Made by a program: the position numbers and the translations under genes | The notes under the pieces: model-generated | Told to the model about the DNA's origin: nothing | The model's input: only the letters and a program-made list of their open reading frames with translations | Databases searched by the model: none | In this document: in pieces, positions 24,543-38,440 of the stretch | Layout: each line of letters opens with the position of its first letter | Numbering within the stretch: the first letter of the stretch is position 1 | From: Lama glama | Taxonomy: Eukaryota | Assembly (NCBI GenBank): GCA_028534125.1 | Contig: CM052832.1 | Coordinates: 17,548,001-17,612,000 of the forward strand | Length of the DNA stretch: 64,000 bases | Direction of reading: 5' to 3'

Positions 24543-27049
24543 TATAAAATTACTTTATGATTTCTTACATTTAATTATTTTAAGAACATCAAATCAGAGG
24601 TACTTCACAAAAGGATAAGGAAGCACTATTATTAATCAATGTTGAGCCTATAGGATGTTTGTATGGTGAATAATTAATTTGGGTCTATACTTCATACTGG
24701 AAATTACAACAAATTAAATGTGAAACAAACAGTTAAAAATGTGAACAGTTTATTATTAAAAAATGAAATACTTTTCTGTCATAATTGTGGCAGAGAAAAA
24801 CATTTCTGACAATTGAATGTATGGAAAATAAGACCAAAACAATATGAATAGAAATAGTAAAGATGTGTCGAACAAAATAACTATCAAAAGTAAAGCTATT
24901 GTTTTAAAAAGCAGCCAATATTATTGGTTTTTCTATATAAAATATACAAAGACTCAGCAGATATACATGTATAATACCCTGCAATCACTAAATAAGCAAA
25001 AGCTATATAGTAACAGATACTTTATGTATGGGGAAACATAGGCAATATATCATTACATGACAAAACTCAGTTTTACAAACAAGTTTTTTAAAATGCAGAC
25101 AAAATTGTAAACTGACATAGGTTCCTGGCCAGGTTCATCCTATCCATGACTAAATCAAATTCAGAGAAAAATGCACACCCAGAACCCAGAGTTGAAAGTA
25201 GCATAACATTTCTCAAGTGAATAGTTAAAGGTTTGGGCATTGTTTTTCTTCCTTTGCTTTATAAATGTGTGGTGATCATCCTACTGTTAACAGATTTTGG
25301 GGTTGTTTCCAGTATAAAGCTATAAAAAACACTGTTAAGACCTATCTTTAACCTAAAAAAAAAAACCCCATCAATCTTTAGATGTAAATATATACGCACT
25401 TCTGGTGGCAATATAACCAGAAGTGAAAGTCTTGAGTCATAGAATATGCATATGTTAAACTTTGGTGGATATACCAAAGAATTTCCCCAAAATGGTGTTG
25501 CCAATTTACACTCTCATCCAGTGTATGAAAATTCTGATTGCTCCATAATCCTTGCCAACATTTAGCACCATGAGTCCATTTTTAACAGGGATTTTAGCAC
25601 TTGATTTGCAGTTCCATGAACACCTAATGGCCTATCATACTGGCAAAATTCAAAAGCCTGAAAACATACAGCTAGAGAGACTGTGTGAAAACAGGTACCA
25701 TCTTGCATTACTGTTGAAAGTGCAAAATGATACAACCTATACAAAGACACTTCTTTCTCCTCTCTTCATGTTCATTGCAGCATTATTTGTTAAAGTAAAA
25801 TGTTGGAAACAATCTAAATATCCACTCCTAAAAGACTGATAGAAAAAATTATAGTACATCCACACAATGGAGTACTAGGACGCTGTAAAAAGGAAAGGGG
25901 GAATATTTCTATGAACAGATTTGGAATAATTTCCAGGTTATTCTATTAAGTGATAAAGCAAGGTGCAAAAGAGTATATATAATATGATAATTTATAGAGG
26001 TAAACAATTATTTTTGCCAAAAAAAAAAAGGAAGAAAGGGAAGGAATGAGAGGAAGTAGGAAGGAAAAGATAAGTTTAAAACTAATGAAAATGGAGCATG
26101 AGTCTATATGAGATAAAGGAGTTAAGGATGGAAGCAAAATTCTGAAAATATCTTTTCATATAATTTTGGTTTTGAACTAAGTGTTTTAATTAGGAAAGCA
26201 AATCCCGAAACTGAATAAAACAGAAACAAATGATTAACAATATATCAGGTTTATAACATAACTACACAGAAAAAAGAATTCAGATAGGGTCTGTGTATGT
26301 CCTCTTAACATACCTCCCTAATGTGATATAATTCAAGAAAAAGCAAGCAAAGACATTTGGAACTGTGCATAGTAGGTGTGTTGTTAGTGATGTTGATATT
26401 TTAATTTTGAAATTTAAAAATATATATCGTAAAATAGAGCAAATAGAGTGAATATGTTGATGCTCTTGGGAACCAGGGTTTTCACTGTGGAGGAAAGGAA
26501 AATCAAATGTGCAATGGTGAAAATGAAAACAAACAAAAATCTGTGGAGTCACGTTTGAATTGGAAATACTTCATAAAATCCCCATCATATGTATATCATA
26601 TATATATTTCAGCCCTAAGGTCCACTGATACGGCCTAGAAGCAATGATTTATCCCAGCAGCAATGAGCTGATCTATTACTCAAAACCCAGATTTTGGTTT
26701 CTGGATACCATTCTCCATTAAAAGGAACCATAGCTTCATGGACCAATGGTGGATTCCAGGTCTAAGGCAGGAAAAGTGTAAAAGGAGGCTGGAATGTATT
26801 GTGCGAGAAAGTAAAGTGCACAAAAACCGTTCTTTCGGAGGAAATGGCAACTGATAAATAGAGAATGAATGTGCTTTAGGTTCCGCATCTGCTAAATGAG
26901 GATAATTATACCTAACTCACAGGGTTGCTATGCAGAATAAGTGAGTTAGTACGTGTAAATGAGTTACTGTGTGTAAAACACTGCTGTTAGTCTATCAACC
27001 TCCTTGGACGAGAACAGCGCCTCACAACGCCCAGAAAGGGGATCCAGCG

Positions 27050-27450
27050 AGGCGACCACAGAGGTGCGAAAACCTCCGGGCTTACTAGAAGGAACGCGGC
27101 CGGAACCGCCGTTTCCGCGGAGAGCGGCCCGTGTGACGCACTTCCGGCCTTTGTAGTTTATCATTCTTGGGGCTGCGGTTGTCAAGGATTCAGAGGTGGC
27201 GCCACGGATGTCGGGTGAGCTTCGAAGCTGGGGCAACGCAGGGCCTTCGAGAGGTCCAGGCTGTGCGCTGCGCCCCCGGAGTGGGTGTGGGGAGGAGACA
27301 GCGGGTCTTTTTGGCCAGAGCTTGACCGGACAGGCGAGGGGCAGAGGAGGCTGCCCCGGAACTGGAAGGGCCTTGATAACTGAAAGTCAGTGTCCTTGCC
27401 GCCCGCCCCGGTCCCCTTCGTCTCATCCTGAGCCCTTCCGCCACGCTGTC
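27050..27450 (+). promoter_or_regulatory. ZSCAN23: CpG-rich promoter and first exon of ZSCAN23
   Basis: CpG-dense; TGACGCACTTCCGGCCTTTGT at 27134-27154 (half-CRE plus ETS); candidate donor cgg|gtgagc near 27215. Confidence 0.75.
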
Positions 27451-27694
27451 CTAGCACCTGTGCCCTTCTGAAATCTTCCCTTCGCATCTTAGGATAAGAG
27501 TAGTTTCGGGTATCCAGGATTGTTCTTATTTTCCCTCGTCTACCATTCAATACTGGGGACTTAACGAGCAAGTAGAGTTTTATAACATGCCACCGCCTCT
27601 CTTAGTCTGATTCACTCAAAAGTGTGAAGGCTCTTGCCATCCGTTAATTAAAAAAACAAAACAAACAAAACAACTGTTTAAATAGCACTTTAAT

Positions 27695-27797
27695 GGACCC
27701 GGTTTCAATCCCTAGTACCTCCATCAAAACATAAATACGTAAATAAATCTATTTATGGCCCTCACCCAAAAAATACCCTTAAAAATAAATAAATAGC
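27695..27797 (+). mobile_element. 5'-truncated Vic-1-like SINE
   Basis: ggtttcaatccctagtacctccat...aaataaat...aaaaataaataaata. Confidence 0.55.
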
Positions 27798-29163
27798 GTT
27801 TATGTGTCAGCCAGCACTGTTAAGAGCACTTTCCAAATATTAACTTATTTGCTTGTCATAACTCAATGAGGTGGGCACTAATAGTATGTAACTTCTCCCT
27901 CGCACCCCCCCCTTTTTTTTAACGTCCAGGAAGAAAATGAGGTTAAGTATCTTATTACGGGTCTTGTAGCTGATAAAATGGTGCTTGGAAATCACTAGGT
28001 CACATAATTATCTTTCTTTCAGAAAATTGCTGTCATTAACTATTACCCCGGTGAAGATTTAAGTGGTGGTAGACATTTGTCTCTTTATTAGCACTCATTT
28101 TATTTTATATACAGTTGCCCACTCTCCATCCTAAAGGAGCCTCAAAGAGAAACAATTTTCAAGAAATTAAAGGGCAAGAAAGAACTAAGATTCTACCTGT
28201 TTTTAAAATATTGGAACTAATATTTCCTTTTTTTGGTATCTATGTGCTGAGACCATTCCAGTTGACTATTTTCTGATTTATTGTTCAGATCACTAGGATA
28301 TTCATTTAACCTTTCAATAGAATTTATAAGAAAAATAACAATAGTGGTAATGTATAATAGTTTAGAGTTTATCAAACTGCCAGCTTCTTTGTGCTCTTTA
28401 TCTGAGATCTTATTTTATCTCTGTATCAACCTAGAAAAGTAGACAAGGTTGGTTTTAGGATTCCTATTTTACAGAATAGACTAAGGCTCAAAATGTGAAG
28501 CCCAAGACTGGAGGGGGTACCTGGAGGACAAGCCTCAATCCCAGATCTTACCCACTCCAAACATAGATCTCTCCGCAACAGCTCACCTGATTGGAGGGAC
28601 TCTGCCTCTCCCCCAGGTACATTTCTTTTGTTCCTCATTCTGTCTTTGTGTCTTCTTTACTTTCCCTTCTTCCTCCATTTTCTTTCCCTTTTCTCTTTGA
28701 TTCCTAGTGTCATCTGTGACCACTTGGGCCTAAAGTGTTTATCTCCATGCAACTAAAAACTGCCTATGAATCTAATATCTTACCATTCAAATGGAAATGC
28801 AGTATATTCAAGCTGATTTATTTGAGCCGATGCATTCATGATAATCAAAATGGTCCCTTCCTTCAATAAAACGGGGGAAGGGGGCATTTTGTTTTTGTTT
28901 TTGTTTTTGTTTTCCCTCCTATATTACCTTCATCAGTATTTGCATTGTCCTTATCATTAATCATGCATTCATGTTCTTCATTAGACAAAGCTACTGATTT
29001 TGGTATAAATACTCCCATTGCCTACCAGCAGAAAAGATTTTCTACATTTTAATACTTTTTTTTCCCCCTGCAAATTATTTTTTAGATTTTGGGATTTCCA
29101 GAAGAAAAGATCACGGCGGGGATTATCAAGAATAGATCCTTTTTCTGAATACTTAAGCCTTAA

Positions 29164-29571
29164 GTGACCACAGCCTTGGCCCTTCAGACTCCAGAGATGC
29201 AGAAGGGACTTCTAGCAGTGAAAGTAAAAGAGGAAGAGGGGAACCATGCCTATAGGGAAGAATCTGGCCTGTCAAGAGAGAACCCTCACACCAGAGAGAT
29301 CTTCCGTAGACGCTTCCGGCAGTTCTGCTACCAGGAGACACCTGGGCCCCGAGAGGCTTTTCAAAGACTCCAGGAGCTCTGCCATCAGTGGCTGAGACCA
29401 GAGATGCACACCAAGGAGCAGATCCTGGAGCTGCTGGTGCTGGAGCAGTTCCTGACCATCCTGCCTGAGGAGCTCCAAGCCTGGGTGAGAGAGCACCGCC
29501 CAGTGAGTGGAGAGGAGGCAGTCACTGTGCTGGAGGATCTGGAGAGAGAGCTGGATGAACCAGGAGAGCAG
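29164..29571 (+). CDS. ZSCAN23: ZSCAN23 SCAN-domain exon; position-1 codon is GTG, first ATG at 29197
   Basis: Acceptor AG at 29084-29085; (V)[24 protein letters not shown]...[67 protein letters not shown]; donor CAG|gtggga at 29572. Confidence 0.92.
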
Positions 29572-29814
29572 GTGGGAAGGGGAGAGAGCAGGGGTGTGTA
29601 CTTGTAGGATCGACTGTAGGGTTTCAGTGCAATCGGAGGAAGAGGAGTAGAAGGATTTCTTTATGTCTGCCTCAATCTGTAATAGGCTTGTAATGTCTCT
29701 GAGTTTTTTTCTTTGCCAGTTTCTTGGTCCTTTTTTTTCTATCTAGTGGTCCTCAGAAGGCCTCTCAGTGTCTTCTCTGATATTTGGTTACCAACTGTCC
29801 TTAATTTTTACCAG

Positions 29815-29962
29815 GTCCCAACCAATGAGCATGAACAGGAAGAGCTTGGGAAGGAGAAAGCAACTCCAGAAGCTGCCCAGGAGTCATCAAGTGGCCAGCT
29901 CCAAACCATGGAGAAGCAGCCTCAGTGTAACTTGCAAGAGGTGTGCCGGGTTCTGGAGATCG
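29815..29962 (+). CDS. ZSCAN23: ZSCAN23 middle coding exon
   Basis: taccag|GTCCCA...ATCG|gtgagg; VPTNEHEQEELGKEKATPEAAQESSSGQLQTMEKQPQCNLQEVCRVLEI; 148 nt, phase 0 to 1. Confidence 0.9.
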
Positions 29963-30312
29963 GTGAGGATTAGAATTTCCTCAGGAAGCCTAACTCATCC
30001 CCTGAATGTTCATCAAGTCGGCACTTTTACTTAGTATTTGCTACATGCCAGGCACCATGTTGGGTACTGGGGATACAGTGATGAGCAGGGTAGGCATGGT
30101 CTCTGCCCTCAGGAAGTTTACAGTCTGGTGGGAGAGGCAGACAGCAAACAAGCCATTACCATACAGGTCATCCTCTCCCTGAATAACTGTTTAGAGCGGG
30201 AAAGTAAACAAAGCATGGTTGCTTGTCCCCTTCCATCCACTCTCCCAACTAGTTTTCTTTTTCCTTTTTTCTTTGGAAACATAACATTTGTGCGATCCAT
30301 TTATTATTTCAG

Positions 30313-30926
30313 ATGATGAGGCTGGGGCTGGGAATGTGGAGTTAGCCCCAAAGAGGGAGCTGTTTAAAGAAATGAAATTGCTTGTGAAAGTACCTGAGAA
30401 CCTGAATGGTGATATTATTCAAATGCCTGACTGTGAAGAGACCTGTGATCATGAAGGCAGATTGGAAAGGCAACGGGTAAGCTCTTCAGTGGAGAGACCC
30501 TACGTCTGCTGTGAATGTGGGAAAACTTTCACCCAGAATTCCATCCTCATCGAGCACCAGAGGACGCACACGGGCGAGAAGCCCTATGAGTGTGAGGAGT
30601 GCGGGCGGGCCTTCAGCCAACGGTCAGGCCTGTTCCAGCACCAGAGGCTCCACACCGGGGAGAAGCGCTACCAGTGCAATGTTTGCGGCAAAGCCTTTAG
30701 CCAGAACGCCGGGCTTTTCCATCACCTCAGGATCCACACGGGGGAGAAACCTTACCAGTGCAATCAGTGCAGTAAGAGCTTTAGTCGACGTTCTGTCCTC
30801 ATTAAACATCAGAGAATTCACACTGGAGAGAGACCTTATGAATGTGAAGAATGTGGCAAGAACTTCGTTTACCATTGCAACCTCATTCAGCATCGGAAGG
30901 TCCACCCTGTGGCTCAGTCCAGCTAG
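30313..30926 (+). CDS. ZSCAN23: ZSCAN23 zinc-finger exon, 5 C2H2 fingers
   Basis: tttcag|AT; five CxxC..HxxxH fingers with TGEKP linkers; ends [11 protein letters not shown]; spliced CDS is 389 codons from the GTG. Confidence 0.93.
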
Positions 30927-33900
30927 CTCCTGGGAACAGGTAGGGCACAATTTCTTGCCGTCGGACCACTAGGCAAGGGAACAAGGGGCTTGGCTTTTTC
31001 TTTGTCCCTGAGAGAACAATACTGGTTTAATCCTCTAGTATCAGAAGCGCCAAGGAAAGCCTTTGAAAATGTCCTTATTTTTATGCAGAGAGAAGCATAT
31101 CTTAAATACATCTGTGAAATTCTCTTTGGCCTGTGACATCCATACTTTGCGATATTGAATATTGTTGTGTGGACTGCATCAACATAGCCTCACACACATC
31201 TGTCCAAAAAGTTCTCTGGGTGTGCAGAAGGAAAACTCCTTCATCCTAGTTTTAAAAAGCTTTTTTTTTTAAAGCCTTTAAAATTATATGCAACCTGAAT
31301 ACAAGATGTCAAAGGTTATTTCCTGAGTATTTAAAAATTACTTTAAAAATAATTGCAGTAAAATCTGTAATGTAAACTATTGGATTAGTTTCCATTCATC
31401 TAAGATATGATAATTTGCTTTTTAACCTACAAAAGGGGGCGGATGGATCTTCCCATAAATATACAAAAGACTTCTCCCTATAGAGGTTTAGTAACTCAGC
31501 CTTCAGTTAGTAACCAAGGAATTGAAGCAGCCATATATTATTATTAGCTCAGTGGCTAGTCATAACAAATATTGCTCATGATTTTAAATTTTTCAGAGAC
31601 TAAAGACACTTAGCTGACATCTCACTTAAGATCTTTGTTATGAAAATATAAGCCTCCTTGTATTTTTCCTGACTTAGGAGCATTTTTGGGTCTTGCTTTT
31701 TTTCTTTATTTAAGCTTTTGTTATGGAAAATCCCAATTACATACAAAAGTAGACAAAGAAGTATGATCAGTCTTCCATGTTGGTAGCTTTTTATAACCTC
31801 CACACTTCTCAGCACTACCTATTGATTATTACCAAGGTTGTACATTAAAAAATTTCTTTCCTTTAACACTGATTGTTACCAAACTTTATCCTAAGGCCAG
31901 GAGACAAAGAAGTGGGAGAAACCCCTGGTGGTAACAATCAGGATTGGAATACCAAATACACAGCGGGTAACTTAAGACTAACAGAAATACTATAAGGGAC
32001 CTTACACAGGTACAGAATGACATGCTCTTATTTGACAGATACAGAAACAGAAGCTCTGGGAAGTAACTGCATGAGATCATACAGCTGGTTAATGGAGCTG
32101 GAACTAGAACCCTGTCTCCTAATTCCTAGTGCATTGCTCACTCTACCAAGTCACTGGAAGCATTCTGTCACCATATAGAACTTACATTATTGAGGCATTT
32201 AGGGTCTGCTTTCTAGCTCAACAAACCTTCCTATCTGTATGTTTCAATAAATGCACCTCTTCTCTATTTAATTTACAGTGGCCTTCCAGAAAAGATTCCT
32301 CCCACTTATCTCTCATTTGAGGCTTGTTATTTATTTTTGTACTGAGTGACTATTTTTAACTTTAAAATTTAATTTTCTTAGAAGGACTTTTTAAAAAAGA
32401 TAATTCATTCTTTGGTTGGTTCCAATATCAAAACAACATTAAAAAAAGTCCCTATCTTTCCCCTTATAGGTAGTCATTTACTAGTTTCTTATGTATCTTT
32501 TAGTGTTTCTTTGTGTAAATACAAGAAAATATAAATATCTAACCTTATTCCCGTGATTGCACAGAATGATGGCATACTATTTACACTCATCTACCCCTTG
32601 TTTTCATGAAATGATACAATCTAGAGATTTCTGTATTATAACAGAGTGCTTCCTCATGCTATTTACAAATTGATAATATTTCATTTGTTGGTGCTCCATA
32701 GTTTAACATACTCCTATAGATGAAAAACGACTACTTTAAAATGCTATATATTGTTTCATTCTTCTCAGTTTAGGCCAAGTCAAACTCTTTCTATTTAAAA
32801 GCTAACAACTTCCACATGAGCTAGGAAACAGGGTTCGGGCGACTAGAATTGCACACAATCCTTCATGGAGAAATGGAGAAGTGATGGGTGGTGTTTTTCA
32901 GTTTCATATATTTTGCTCTGTTGTATATTCTTGGACCTAACATTTCAAACTGTTGTGTCACTACTTGTGACTTTATCAACAATCTTGGAAGGAAAAAAAA
33001 TCTTACATTTCTTCAAGGGCATGTTTTATTGTGTCTTGAGGTTAAATTATTTCCAAGAGAAATACATAGGGATTTTAGGATGAAGTTAAGGAAAATATAG
33101 TAGACATAAATTTGAAATAAAATCAACTTCTCAAATATATACTGCATATAGTGACATAATACATACACTATTATATCTGAGTTCATAAGTATTTTAAATG
33201 CTTCTCCTATATGCTGAAGCAGCATGTTTGGCTAATTCCATTATATCAGCTCTTAAAAGATTTACAATATGAACAGATCAGGATTTTAAAGGATGTATTT
33301 CTAATGGCTGAGTTGCAGTTGAAGGTTGGATGTTTGGTTTGTTCTGTGCCTTTTGTGTGTGTGTGTGTGAGTTTTAACAGCTTAAAATTCTTAATTTTCT
33401 CAACAACTGGTGAAACAGCAAGAAACAAAACAATGTTATGTATGCTGTAGAGACAGATGTACTTCTTAGAATGCCGTGATGGATAACATGATTAAATGAC
33501 TGACAGTTCACCAAACTAACTTTCCTTGTTTTCTGATACTTACTGTGCTAATTCTCTTATGCTAATTCTTGTATTTAAGATGCACATTTCTCATTATGTG
33601 AGGAATAATATCTGACTTAACCTGTAGTCAATGTCATGCAGACCTTGGCTGCTTCTGTGATTATTCAAGTCTTCCTGGCCAGAGTTCTCAGTTGTCTCCC
33701 TTCCACATTTCTAAATTTCTCTGTTCTCTCTTCTCTTTTTCCATCCTGGCTCCTTTTATTCCCAATCTGTGACATCTCTAGCATTGACCTCCTTTCAGGT
33801 GTTCCCTAGACCAGTATCCATCCCTCCCTATCCGCTTGAAAAGTCCAATCTAAAAGAGCAGAGTAGTCAGTTTTATGGTTGAGGAGGTGTAAGAAATATT

Positions 33901-35044
33901 GATTCAAATCCAATTAAATAGCCTTATTGGTTCTTGAAGGATAGTCCAGCACCCCTGTGAGCACTTTTGAGACAGTGGACACTACATCAAGAAATGGCTA
34001 AGTATCTTGCAACTAAAACCTGCCTAGAGCTGTAGATAGAGCCCTGAAGTTTCTCTTTCACTGTAATTTTGAGCTGAAGGTATTTTGTATTTTGAAATGA
34101 CTCCTGTTTTCTATAGCTGATAATACTTTTCCTTTAAAAAACATAACTATAATTGATAGTGGAAGATTGTTTCATATTTTTCCAGTAAGACAAAAATGAT
34201 CTCTGAAGAAATAAAAGTATATCTAAAGTCAAAATGATAAAATATGAAGTATTTTCTAAGGAAGAATTTTGAAATATAAAATACCAATATACATGTGTCG
34301 TTGGTTCAATGTTGAGTTAGTAATTGAGAGAAAAGTAGATTCTCTGCAGAGGGAGATGGAGGATAGAGGAAAGTGTTTTTGGCAGAGGCAGCAGGATGAG
34401 GCAAGACCCCCATTTAAGATATGCTCAAGAGCCAGGAGTTTTCCAGTTTGGCAAGAGAAAAGTGAAACCCAAGTGGTTAAGTGCTTGTGGTTATCCTTCT
34501 GTTTTTTTTTTAATCACGTTAAAAATTTTAAAAAACAAAACTATGAACAAAAATCATTGAGAATTGTATGTAGTTTCACAGACACGTAGACTTGGAGCCC
34601 TGAGACATATTTTAGGTATCTGCAAAAAAAAAAAAAAGGGGGGGGTGGAAAGAGAAAAAAGAAGAAGAAAATATGAGAACTTAAAAAGGAATTTGACAAA
34701 GGGCAAAATTAGATACTAAAACACTGGCTAACAATGGTGACCAAAGAGAAGGAAAAATAAAAAGATAGATGCAGCGACAGCATTACGAAGAAATGTGCTT
34801 CGTCTTCATAATACTAGAAAATTCCCATCTCTCAGTTGTTCCAAGTGTCTTAGGTATGGAGTATCTTAAGCAATGAAGATAGTCTCACTGCCTTCGCTCC
34901 TTACTCATTTTAGTACTTTCCATTAGAGGAGAACAGGGAGAACAGCACATCTATTACTGTGTGAATTACTCTATGATGTTTTTAGTTCTCTTTGGACCCA
35001 CATCCAGATTTCCATGCCAGCTACCTTAGCTTTATGAGGAAGAC

Positions 35045-35190
35045 CCTGTTTCTCAATGTATACCTGTGTTAGAATCACCTGGGCTGTTTGAAGTGCAGTT
35101 GCCTGGGCCCCACCCCAGAGCAACTAAATCAGTTTGAGGGCAAAGCCTGGGAATCTGCATTTAACTAGCATATCAGTGGTCCTCAGACAT
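35045..35190. mobile_element. MER5-like relic
   Basis: tttctcaa...ttagaatcacctggg...gcctgggccccaccccagag..actaaatcag...gcctgggaatctgcatttaac. Confidence 0.55.
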
Positions 35191-35859
35191 AAGGTAACTT
35201 ATTGCTCAGTCTGGAACAATTTTGAGAATGAAAGCAAGTGCCACTAATAATTACACCCAGACAACAGACACAAATTAGGATGTATGGTCTTCCTACTCGT
35301 GACTGAGGAGAAAGAAGAATCAGAAAGAATACAATGTCTCTCATGAGAGCTAAGGCAAAATATATATGGAGAGTACTGGTGATTTAGGTGTAGCCACCTA
35401 TACCAAGGCAGCCACCACCCACCCACCTACCTGGATTGAAGTAATCCCCATTAATGGATCTGCTGGATTTGGTTTTAAAAGTTGGGGGACAATATGTCTT
35501 AAAAAAAATAAAACAAAAGGACCCCCCCCAAAAAAAACCCCACTGTTAATAGCTAGTTACCTAAGATAAACCTATTGAGATGAACCTCCTTCCTCAGGTG
35601 GGTGTTAATTATTGCTTCTGACTCTGGGAACTGAGTGAAGGTAACTGACAGTATCGTAAGAGGAACCCTGAGAGCTGGAAACTTAAGAGGACCAGATCCT
35701 AAGGGAACCTAGGGCTACAAAACATCTGGTGAGAGTTGGGTGGAGAGATATAAGCCCAGGCTGAGTGGCTGCTGGACACCAGAGGTTACGAGCCCTCGAT
35801 CCACCTGCCTGAGTTAGGAAGAAGCCTCTGAGCATATGAAGGAGGACCAGGTGGGCTAG

Positions 35860-36260
35860 ACCAACCACTGAGATGACAAGTCCTCCAAGTTTCCTAGAGA
35901 AGCGGCTGAGGAGCTGGCAGAGACGTGTTCGAGCATTGTGACATACTTCCGGTTCCCGGTGTGCGCTGTGGCCCAAATTCCTATGCTTCCCGGCTCTGAG
36001 CGGGTGTAGGTGGGAACCTGGACCCTTCTCCCTACGTGGGATTCTCTGTACCTCTGCGGACGTCTCGGGACCCGAAGCTGGTGTTGTTGCCCCCTTTTCT
36101 CTGACTGGGCTTGAGTTTCTCTCCCTTAGCATACACAGATCCCTCAGGAATCGATTCCCTTTTCCCTGTCGGCGATTCCGGAAGTTTCGGAGATACAGAG
36201 AATTGAACAAAAACGCTGTACAGAGCTGGGTGGGCCCGGACCACCTGCTTCTCAGGTGGA
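35860..36260 (+). promoter_or_regulatory. Orphan paralogous ZSCAN-type promoter; possible upstream alternative promoter of ZSCAN12
   Basis: CpG-enriched; CAACCACTGAGATGACAAGTCCTCCAAGTTTCCTAGAGAAG followed by TGACATACTTCCGG (35939-35952), the same layout as the other ZSCAN promoters. Confidence 0.5.
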
Positions 36261-37779
36261 GACATAGATTTACCAGCGGGAGCTGCCTCTGGGGACCATG
36301 GGCTGACAAATCCTTAGGGCTAAAAGATGGTTTCTTATAGATTTTCTCAATTTACCTGAGCAGTTTTTCAGTTTTCATTAAAGTACCTTCCAGTAATGGT
36401 CATGATACTACATATTTGTACCATAGAGGCTTTTAAAAAGTACTTTAACATAACATGAACTTCACAGTTCTGCAAAACAGAGGAAAGTGCTACGTGAATT
36501 TCTATAGCTAAGAAAACATTCAGAACTTAGAACATTTTTCAAGCCAAACACGTGTTGGGTGCCAAATATGCACCAGGCTCTATGTCAAAGAAATGGGAAT
36601 GAACCAGGTAGAAGAGGCACTCCCTACCTTATGGTGTCCAGAGGAGGACAGAGAAACAGTTACAATATAGTGTAATAAATGCCTTGAGGAAAATAAACTT
36701 AGTACATAAAAAGGCCTTGGAGGTGGAGAGTTAGTGATAGCCTCTCTGAGAAAGCAACAATAGAACTGTCTCTGTGAACTAAGTTGGACAGCAAAAAAGA
36801 ATTGAACTAGGGGATAGATAGCGCCTGACAGATCACAAAATACTTTCAGAAAACTGCAAGTAGGCGAAGGTGGATGTGGTGGAGCTGGAGCAAAGACGAA
36901 AAGTAGATGGTATCTGGAATAATTGCTTTAGAAATTTTATGATTACATGTCAGTGGAAAACACTGTACTAATCATTTAAGTTAAAGGTTTTTTACACTAT
37001 TTAATAAGGACAGTAACAAGAAATTCTTTGAAGTTAGCTCTCAATGTTTTAAAACAACCTGCTTCAAGGAAGTTGTGTTATTCCTTTTTTTGGCTTTTAT
37101 TCTTCTTAGCAGGTTTTCTTTTAGGTGTGCCTTTTGGTTCATCTGAAGCTTTGGAAATGTCACCATTCTTCATGGCTATTCATATTTTCCCATATGAACT
37201 TTATAATCAAATTGTCTAATTCTAGAACAGTATGTGTTGATACTTTTATTATGAAAGATTAATTTCTTGAAGTCTTCTTAGCCAAGACTCAGTCGTTTTA
37301 GCATAGTTATTTGTCTTAAGTGTACACTTGGCCTTTCAGGTTTTCCCCATACAGGTTTTGTGTATTTCTTCCTAAGCTTATTCCCAATTATTCTCTTTTG
37401 TTTGTTTGTTTTTGTTTTTGCTATTGTAAATTCGATATTCTGTTCCGTTATCTCTTGTAACTGTTTATCACTGGTTATTTGCGTATAACCATTGATTTTA
37501 GTGTGCTAATTTGACAGCTTACTACTTTACTAAATGACCTTTTAGTTTTCCCGTTGAATTCTGTGGGTTTTCAGGTATATAACATTATCAGCACATAAAA
37601 GAGAACCGTAGAAGGTGAAAAGGCAGGCAGAAACCACCAGACCCTTGAGAAGTCTGTGTAGAAAATGTCCCTTCTTGAGTCGGGAAGGACCTGGGGAGAA
37701 CATCCATTTGAAGCACCTTGAGCATCCAAGGGGCAGAGACCGAAATAAAAGAGTGAAAAGGCATGGGATTTCCCTAGCT

Positions 37780-38440
37780 CAGATCGGCTCGGCAAGCCTC
37801 GACCAGCCATCAGGTGGGCGGAAGTGGGGATACTAGCCGGCTGAAGAGGAGCAGAAGGAGAAAGCGATTCCTGAGACTCCTCAGTGCTCCTCTCGCGTGG
37901 GCGCGGGGGGCAACTACGGAATCGCGAGGCCCTCCCGCCCCCTTCCTGGAGCTGCGGCGGAAGTGCCCCCAGCTAGCGGTTCCCCGCACTTCGCGGCCGC
38001 TTCCGGCCTTTGTGGGTCGCTCTTGCTGGGTTCCGGTTCCGAGGCGGTTCGAGGCATTATCCCTGGCCGGGGGACGGGAACCTGTGTTGGCCTCTGGGGC
38101 GGCGGGTGAGCAAGCCTGTGCTCCAGACGCGGCGGGCGGGGACTACGGCGTCCTCGTGACCTGGGCCCCTGGAGCCCGGCCTGGGCTGCAGCGGGACGGC
38201 CTCCGGTCCTCCCTTGCCCAGGTGGGTCCGCGAGAAGCTCCCTAACCCAGAGGTAACTCCCACCCCTCGGAGAGTGGGTCGGAGCCCGGGGATGAGGGAG
38301 AGACCCGGCTGTGCGCCCCACACCTCCCGGGCTTGCCTCGCTCCGTGTACCCTTCTTGGGTTCTGCGCCTTCTGACATTTCTGGTGCTTCCTGGGTCACG
38401 GACGCAGACGTGCATCCCAAGGCCTCGTTCCTCGGCCTGC
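37780..38440 (+). promoter_or_regulatory. ZSCAN12: CpG island promoter and first exon of ZSCAN12
   Basis: High CpG density; ETS sites GGCGGAAGTG; GC box CCCGCCCC; CTTCCGGCCTTTGT at 38000-38013; candidate donor cgg|gtgagc at 38106. Confidence 0.8.

Noticed and set aside
35683..36309. 208-aa minus-strand ORF, and similar ORFs over the CpG islands at 27.2, 37.9 and 57.5 kb
   Set aside because: GC-rich, stop-poor sequence with no recognisable domain
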